From Thermoplasmata archaeon (GTDB lineage: Archaea > Thermoplasmatota > Thermoplasmata > RBG-16-68-12 > JAFNFQ01), in assembly GCA_041489255.1 (NCBI GenBank), contig JBGPQV010000002.1:32001-96000 (forward strand): a DNA stretch of 64,000 bases. Direction: 5' to 3'. How positions within the stretch are numbered: the first letter of the stretch is position 1; each line of letters starts with the position of its first letter. Of this stretch, positions 57,927 to 64,000 are shown piece after piece. The notes below the pieces were generated by a model that was not told the DNA's origin, did not search any database, and was given only the letters and a program-made list of their open reading frames with translations. The translations under genes and the position numbers were made by a program.

Positions 57927-60900
57927 ATGGCCAACTGGGTTTGCAGCAGCGACATCGAGGCGTACTTCGCCAGTCTCCAGAAGGAGGCGGACCGCTGCTA
58001 CGAAGTCGGAAGGCTCGCGAGGGCGAAGGGGTTCGACCCGGAGCTGGACATAGAGACGCCTCAGACGAAGGACCTCGCGTCCCGCGTGGAGAGGCTCCTC
58101 AAGGATTATGGCGTCGATGACGTCGCCGACATCATCCGGGAGCACAGCAAGAAGCATGACAGGGAGACGGTATCCATCATGGTCGCCAAGGATGTCGCGA
58201 GGCGCGGCAACGGCTCCAAGGAGAAGGCCGTCGAGAGGGCCGTCCGCGTCGGGCTGGCGATACTCACGGAAGGCATCCTTGTCGCCCCGCTCGAGGGTCT
58301 CGCCGATGTCAAGATCAAGAAGAACAGGGACGGGACATCATATGTCGACCTCCTCTACGCAGGTCCGATACGCTCCGCGGGAGGCACTGCCCAAGCGCTT
58401 AGCGTCCTCATAGCGGACGTCGTAAGAAGAGAACTGGGCATAGGAAGATATCAGCCGACGCAACAGGAGGTGGACCGCCTCAAGGAAGAGATACCGCTCT
58501 ACAAGCAGGTTCAGCACCTCCAGTACAATCCGACGGCAGAGGAGATCGAGCTCATGGCGAGCAACTGCCCCGTGAGTATCAACGGCGAAGCGACGGAGGA
58601 GATGGAGATCTCCGGGCACAGGGATCTGCCGCGCGTGGAGACGAACCGCCTGCGCGGCGGGATGTGTCTCGTCATCTCCGACGGCTTGTGCCTCAAGGCT
58701 CCGAAGATCCAGAAGCATGTGAAACGGCTGAAGATAGACGGCTGGGAGTTCATCGACAATTACATCAAGGGGAAGACCGAGGAGACTTCGGACCGCCAGG
58801 ACGAGGATATCGTCGTGGAGGCCAGCGACAAGTTCATTCAGAATATTCTGGCGGGGAGACCGGTGCTCTGTCACCCGAGCCGCGCCGGCGGCTTCAGGCT
58901 GAGGTACGGAAGGACGAGAGCGACCGGATTGGCGGCTGTCGCAATCCATCCCGCCGCAATGGCGGTGCTCGACAACTTCATCGCCGTCGGGACTCAGATA
59001 AAGACGGAGCGACCCGGGAAAGCCGCTGCCGCGACGCCCTGCGACACCATCGAGCCGCCAATCGTCCTGCTCAAGGACGAGAGTCTCGTGACGCTCAGCT
59101 CGCTTGACGAGGTGGAGGAGGCGCGGGAATCCATCAAGACCATCGTCGACCTCGGCGAGATACTCATACCCTTCGGCGAGTTCCTGGAGAATAACCACGT
59201 CCTCATGCCAGGTGCGTTCGGACTCGATTGGTATCACGAGGAGATGGTGCATGCCGCGGTCAAGCCGCCCGATGACTTGGGCGAACTGCCATTCCAGGAT
59301 GCCTTGAACTTGAGCAGGAAGCACAAATTTCCGCTGCATCCGCGGTACAACCTGTTCTGGCATGACCTGACCGCGAACGAGATTCTTTCGTTGCGCGACT
59401 TCGTCGAGAAGAATGGTCATGTTGATGGCGAGGTGCTCAGGCTTCCGAACGACCAGAGATTCAAAGACATGCTCTGCGTGCTCGGCGCACTCCATCGACT
59501 GAATGACGGGAATATCGTCATTGACACCTACGGGCCTCCGCTCGTCCTCTGCCTCGGGCTCGAGGATCGCGGCGGGAAGCTCGAGAGGGTGCGAGACTCG
59601 CAGGCGAATGATAGCCTCGCCCTGGTCTCCGCGTTGGCGGGAATCGAGGTGAGGGCCAGAGGCCCCACGAGGATCGGCGCACGCATGGGCAGACCGGAGA
59701 AGGCGGCGCCGCGCAAGATGAAACCCGCCCCGCACGCCCTCTTCCCGATCGGCAGGGAGGGAGGGCAGCAGAGGCTCTTGAGGGAGGCCTTGGCAAACGA
59801 TGTCGTCGAGCTGGAGGTCGGGCTGAGGATCTGCAGGACGTGCGGCAAGAGGTGGTTCCTCCCGAAGTGCCCGTGCGGCGGCCACACTGTGCTCAGGGAC
59901 GCGAGATCCCCTCAGAAGATACCGCTCAGGGAGGTCTACGAAGAGGCCGCTGCGAGGACGGGGCTGAGAGGGAAGAACATGGACGTGAAATGCGTCCAGG
60001 GCATGATCTCAAAGACCAAGACTCCGGAACCGCTCGAGAAAGGTCTCCTTCGCGCCAAACACGAGGTCTTCGTGTTCAAGGACGGCACAACCAGGTTCGA
60101 CATGACGAACCTGCCCCTCACTCACTTCAGGCTCTCGGACGCCGACATGACGCCAGAGGCGGCGAAGAAGCTGGGATACGAGAGGGACATCCAGGGCCAG
60201 CCAATCGTGGACGAGGGACAGCTCGTCGAACTGCGCGTCCACGACATAATCGTCTCTCGCGACTGCGGGGAGTATCTCGTGCGAGTCTCCCATTTCATCG
60301 ACGATCTGCTCGAGAAGCTCTACGGTCTCCCTACGTTCTATGACGCCGCTGGGCCGGAGGACCTCGTGGGGCAGATGGCAGTCGGCCTCGCGCCGCACAC
60401 GTCTGGAGGCGTCCTCGCACGGATCATAGGCTTCACTCCCGCCAAGGCCTGCCTGGCGCATCCCTATTTCCACGCCGCGAAGCGGAGGAACTGCGACGGC
60501 GACGAGGACTCCGTGATCCTCCTGCTCGACTGCCTGATCAATTTCAGCAGGGCGTTCCTTCCTGAGAAAAGGGGGGGTTTGATGGACGCGCCTCTGGTCC
60601 TCTCGACTCACATCGACCCGAACGAGATTGACAAGGAAGCTCACAACATCGACTTGAGGTCGCGATACCCGTTGGAATTCTTCCAGGCCACGATGAAGCA
60701 CGCGGAGCCGAGGAAACTCGAGACAATGATGGACATCGCGGGCAAGAGGATCGGCAGCGTGCTGCAATACGAAGGCTTCAGCTTCACTCATGACGTCACG
60801 AGCATCGCCGATGCCCCTCTCACCTCTGCCTATGGCGAGGGCGGCATGGTGGAGAAACTCGAGGCGCAACTCAACCTCGCGTCGAAGATCAGGGCGGTGG

Positions 60901-61262
60901 ATGTGCCCGATGTCGTCACGAGGATCGTCGTCCACCACTTCCTCCCTGACCTGATAGGCAACCTCAAGGCTTTCTCCAGCCAGCAGGTTCGGTGCACCAA
61001 GTGCAACGCGAAGTTTAGGAGGATGCCGCTTAAGGGGCAATGTACCGTCCTCACAAACAAGGGACACGAGTGCGGCGGGAATCTCATGCTCACCGTGCAC
61101 AAGAGCTCCGTCAAGAAATATCTCGAGGTCTCGAAGCGCATCGCGGAGCAGTATGGCGTCTCGAATTACCTGCGGCAGCGCCTCGACTTGGCCGAGGAGG
61201 CTATCGCCTCGCTGTTCACCAACGAGAAGGTCAAGGGCCTCAAGATCGACGATTTCCTGTGA
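57927..61262 (+). CDS. polC: DNA polymerase D large subunit (DP2)
   Basis: AILTEGILVAPLEG, GPIRSAGGTAQA, GGFRLRYGR, HAAKRRNCDGDED, DLIGNL; no intein evident. Confidence 0.98.
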   Translation: MANWVCSSDIEAYFASLQKEADRCYEVGRLARAKGFDPELDIETPQTKDLASRVERLLKDYGVDDVADIIREHSKKHDRETVSIMVAKDVARRGNGSKEKAVERAVRVGLAILTEGILVAPLEGLADVKIKKNRDGTSYVDLLYAGPIRSAGGTAQALSVLIADVVRRELGIGRYQPTQQEVDRLKEEIPLYKQVQHLQYNPTAEEIELMASNCPVSINGEATEEMEISGHRDLPRVETNRLRGGMCLVISDGLCLKAPKIQKHVKRLKIDGWEFIDNYIKGKTEETSDRQDEDIVVEASDKFIQNILAGRPVLCHPSRAGGFRLRYGRTRATGLAAVAIHPAAMAVLDNFIAVGTQIKTERPGKAAAATPCDTIEPPIVLLKDESLVTLSSLDEVEEARESIKTIVDLGEILIPFGEFLENNHVLMPGAFGLDWYHEEMVHAAVKPPDDLGELPFQDALNLSRKHKFPLHPRYNLFWHDLTANEILSLRDFVEKNGHVDGEVLRLPNDQRFKDMLCVLGALHRLNDGNIVIDTYGPPLVLCLGLEDRGGKLERVRDSQANDSLALVSALAGIEVRARGPTRIGARMGRPEKAAPRKMKPAPHALFPIGREGGQQRLLREALANDVVELEVGLRICRTCGKRWFLPKCPCGGHTVLRDARSPQKIPLREVYEEAAARTGLRGKNMDVKCVQGMISKTKTPEPLEKGLLRAKHEVFVFKDGTTRFDMTNLPLTHFRLSDADMTPEAAKKLGYERDIQGQPIVDEGQLVELRVHDIIVSRDCGEYLVRVSHFIDDLLEKLYGLPTFYDAAGPEDLVGQMAVGLAPHTSGGVLARIIGFTPAKACLAHPYFHAAKRRNCDGDEDSVILLLDCLINFSRAFLPEKRGGLMDAPLVLSTHIDPNEIDKEAHNIDLRSRYPLEFFQATMKHAEPRKLETMMDIAGKRIGSVLQYEGFSFTHDVTSIADAPLTSAYGEGGMVEKLEAQLNLASKIRAVDVPDVVTRIVVHHFLPDLIGNLKAFSSQQVRCTKCNAKFRRMPLKGQCTVLTNKGHECGGNLMLTVHKSSVKKYLEVSKRIAEQYGVSNYLRQRLDLAEEAIASLFTNEKVKGLKIDDFL

Positions 61263-61360
61263 TGGCACGAGGGTGGAAAGGGCTCCGGGTAGAGGCCGTG
61301 GCAATGTGACGTGCTACCACATGTCCCGAAGGGTTATTGTCCATCGCCTCGATTCATGGA

Positions 61361-62503
61361 ATGATGTTCGCGTCTAGAGCCGGCCACGTCGAGGTATCTG
61401 GCATACGGAAGATGTTCGAGTCCGCACCGCCGGGCGCAATAAACCTCGGGCTGGGAGAGCCGGACCTGCAGCCCCCGCCGAAGGTCATCGAGGCGCTCAA
61501 GAAGGCCATCGACAGCGGCATGAACAAATACGGGCCGACGGGGGGGATACCTGAACTTCGACAGGCGGTCGCGGAGCGACTGGCCAGGTTCGCCGACGTC
61601 AAGCCTGACACAGTGCTGATAACCACAGGCGCGACAGAGGCGCTGTGCGTGACGATGCAGACCCTCATAGACAACGGGGATGAGGTCCTCATACCGGATC
61701 CCGGTTTCGTCCTCTTCGGACCGCAGGTCAGGCTCGCTGGCGGGGTCCCTGTCACCTACTCGCTTGCCGAAGATAACGGATTCATTCCAGGAATCGATGA
61801 GTTGAGGTCGCTCGTGACGCACAGGACCAAGGCGATCATCGTCAACAGCCCGGCGAACCCGACAGGTGCCGTGTTCGACAGGAAGACCGTCCAGGCCATC
61901 GCCGACTTCGCGAAGGAGGAGGGCCTCATAGTCATCAGCGACGAGGTGTACGACGCGATCGTGTACGAGGGCGCACACGAGTCGTTCCTTGGCAAGTACG
62001 AGAACACGGTTTACGTGAATTCGTTTTCCAAGGTTTTCGCGATGACCGGGTGGAGGCTCGGGTACTTGACCGCCCCGCCGGAGATGATCAAGCAGATGGC
62101 CAAGATCCACTATTACATGGTCGCGTGCCCGCCAACGCCGACGCAGTACGCGGTCCTCGCGGGCCTGAGGGAGCCGGAGGACTACGTGCCGAAGATGGTC
62201 AAGGAGTTCGGCATCAGGCGGGAGATCATGGTCAAGGAACTCGGCAAGATGCCGGGCTTCCACTGCCTCAAGCCGAAGGGCGCGTTCTACGCCTTCCCCA
62301 CATACGACTATGACATGGCCTCTGAGGAGATGGCCATGAGCATTCTCAAAGGAGGCGTGATCTGTACGCCAGGCAGGGCGTTCGGCGAGCAGGGGGAGAG
62401 GCACATACGTTTCTCCTATGCGAACTCGCAGGACAACATCAAGAAGGCGATGGAGCGGATAAGGCAGCACCTGGAGAAGGAGTTTGGGGGAAAGGTAAAG
62501 TAA
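61361..62503 (+). CDS. PLP-dependent aminotransferase, class I/II
   Basis: NLGLGEPD, NSPANPTG, ISDEVY, NSFSKVFAMTGWRLG, GAFY. Confidence 0.93.
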   Translation: MMFASRAGHVEVSGIRKMFESAPPGAINLGLGEPDLQPPPKVIEALKKAIDSGMNKYGPTGGIPELRQAVAERLARFADVKPDTVLITTGATEALCVTMQTLIDNGDEVLIPDPGFVLFGPQVRLAGGVPVTYSLAEDNGFIPGIDELRSLVTHRTKAIIVNSPANPTGAVFDRKTVQAIADFAKEEGLIVISDEVYDAIVYEGAHESFLGKYENTVYVNSFSKVFAMTGWRLGYLTAPPEMIKQMAKIHYYMVACPPTPTQYAVLAGLREPEDYVPKMVKEFGIRREIMVKELGKMPGFHCLKPKGAFYAFPTYDYDMASEEMAMSILKGGVICTPGRAFGEQGERHIRFSYANSQDNIKKAMERIRQHLEKEFGGKVK

Positions 62504-62525
62504 AGCGACCTTCTTCTACCGCACG

Positions 62526-64000
62526 ATGCGGAGGTCGACCGCCGCTGCACTGATTGCGATACTACTCATTGCAGTGTTCACCAGACTGATGCCCCTGACC
62601 AATTTCGTGTACTGGGGCTCTGACATAGGCGAGTATCACTCATTGACGGACCGGCTCATAGGCACGGGTCACCTCGGAACTGATTATTCTGGGTGGGGCA
62701 AGACCTATCCATACTTCCCAGGGTTCTACTTTGTTGTCGGTGGCGGGAGCATGATGGGCGTAGACAGCAACGCCGCCCTCAACCTGATACCGACGATTCT
62801 CAATGCGGTGGCGGTACTGTTAGTCTTCCTCGTGGCGGTAAGACTGTTCCGCGACGACCGCATTGGCCTGATGGCGGCGGGGGTTCTCGCCGTGGCCTTC
62901 CCTTACATCTACACGAACTCGCACCCGATTCCGTCTGCGATCGGCACGGTCCTGTTTCTCGCGTCGATGGCGCTGCTAGTCGGGTCGCAAAGTGAGATGA
63001 AGAAGCTCGCGGCGCTCCTGCCGCTCGCCGCCGCGATCGTCGTCACGCACCACCTGTCGACTTACTTCCTGATCATCGCCGTCCTCACGGCCCTCGTCCT
63101 GAGGAGCCTCCTCGCCAGCAACTTCAGATGGAGGAGCGTAGCGATCGAGGCGGTGTTCCTGGTTGCCTTGCTCGCCCTCGCACTTCCATTCTGGTTAGTC
63201 TACGCAACGCCGTTCCGGGAGAACCTCCTCGGTGACCTCGGGACGGTACCCTGGTGGGGGCCTTTCGCTGCTCTCGGCATCGCAGCCCTCGGCTGGCTGG
63301 TTGTTGTCCGCCTGAGGAGGAAATCGGAGTGGAGGTTCTCGCCGAGATATCCGACACTCCGGAGGAACGCGGTTATGTTCGTCCTTGCGATCGCGTTCGC
63401 GTTCGCGCTGATGAGCTTGTTCACCGTGGTCAATGTCCTCGGCACAACCATCAAGATCAACCTTCAGGATGTCCTCTACATCAGCCCGTTCCTCCTGCTG
63501 ATGGCGTTGGCCGCTCCAGGAAGGCGGCCACTGGACTTTGCGCGGGATGGGCACAAGCCGACCGCCTGGCTTGCGGCATTCACACTCTCGCTGTTCGCCG
63601 GGTCAATCGTTGGCGAGCAGGTACTCATCCCATACCGCCACGTCGACTTCATGATGATTCCCGTGGCAATCATGGTAGGGTCGGGAATCGTCCTGCTCCA
63701 CGACCTCGCTTTCGCTGGGAGGAAAGGCGGTGCCGTTGTCGTGGTGATTGCGGTTGTTCTCATCACGAGCAACATGGCGGTTGCATATCCTCCGCAGGAT
63801 ATCATGGCGGGCTACAACGAGGGCACGGACTCGAAATCGCTCGTCGCGATGAATTGGCTCCCTGGCCATGTCGATGGTCTTCTTGCGACCGACCACAAGG
63901 CCTCAATGCTCTCCTTCGGATATGGCGGGACGAACGCCACATGGGACACCGCGAGAGAAACCATCTTTGCCACGAGCTTCACCAACGCCAAGTCCGAGAT
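62526..64000 (+). CDS. Multi-pass membrane protein, probable GT-C-fold glycosyltransferase-like (partial)
   Basis: Manual translation: MRRSTAAALIAILLIAVFTRLMP...WGSDIGEY...YPYFPGF...THHLS; many TM helices; open to the right edge. Confidence 0.7.
   Translation, partial: MRRSTAAALIAILLIAVFTRLMPLTNFVYWGSDIGEYHSLTDRLIGTGHLGTDYSGWGKTYPYFPGFYFVVGGGSMMGVDSNAALNLIPTILNAVAVLLVFLVAVRLFRDDRIGLMAAGVLAVAFPYIYTNSHPIPSAIGTVLFLASMALLVGSQSEMKKLAALLPLAAAIVVTHHLSTYFLIIAVLTALVLRSLLASNFRWRSVAIEAVFLVALLALALPFWLVYATPFRENLLGDLGTVPWWGPFAALGIAALGWLVVVRLRRKSEWRFSPRYPTLRRNAVMFVLAIAFAFALMSLFTVVNVLGTTIKINLQDVLYISPFLLLMALAAPGRRPLDFARDGHKPTAWLAAFTLSLFAGSIVGEQVLIPYRHVDFMMIPVAIMVGSGIVLLHDLAFAGRKGGAVVVVIAVVLITSNMAVAYPPQDIMAGYNEGTDSKSLVAMNWLPGHVDGLLATDHKASMLSFGYGGTNATWDTARETIFATSFTNAKSE

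Noticed and set aside
57927-61262. Intein in PolD DP2
   Set aside because: The RRNCDGDED region is uninterrupted and the length is ordinary.

Overview
GC-rich archaeal chromosomal segment. The gene set (PolD large subunit, PCNA, TFS, SRP54, membrane-bound LonB, DHH/RecJ-like nuclease, a stand-alone 5S rRNA-like gene) and protein style suggest Thermoplasmatota (inference). 1-23 kb is a block of very large cell-surface proteins (DNRLRE/ConA/cadherin-like adhesin, SBBP-CARDB protein, S8 protease) interrupted by a variable patch: a small-GTPase remnant, a VapBC toxin-antitoxin pair, two GNATs plus a GNAT pseudogene. 23-50 kb is mostly housekeeping and amino-acid/acyl-CoA catabolism, with one complete IS5-family (IS903-like) element that has perfect 17-bp TIRs, a 9-bp TSD and a frameshifted transposase. 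Most notable: (i) a promoter-bearing 5S rRNA gene whose canonical 3' end is replaced or interrupted by about 80 nt of hairpin-rich sequence; (ii) a 1565-aa membrane-spanning protein (zinc ribbons, TPR, 10-aa Asn/Gly repeat, TM, extracellular domains, PEF-CTERM) downstream of a KaiC-like ATPase and a wHTH gene and near a Rab-like GTPase; (iii) a surface adhesin with a putative cytoplasmic longin/roadblock-like tail next to a second, decayed GTPase. Together these hint at a surface-receptor/small-GTPase signalling system. All calls come from motif recognition by eye; no database searches were run.
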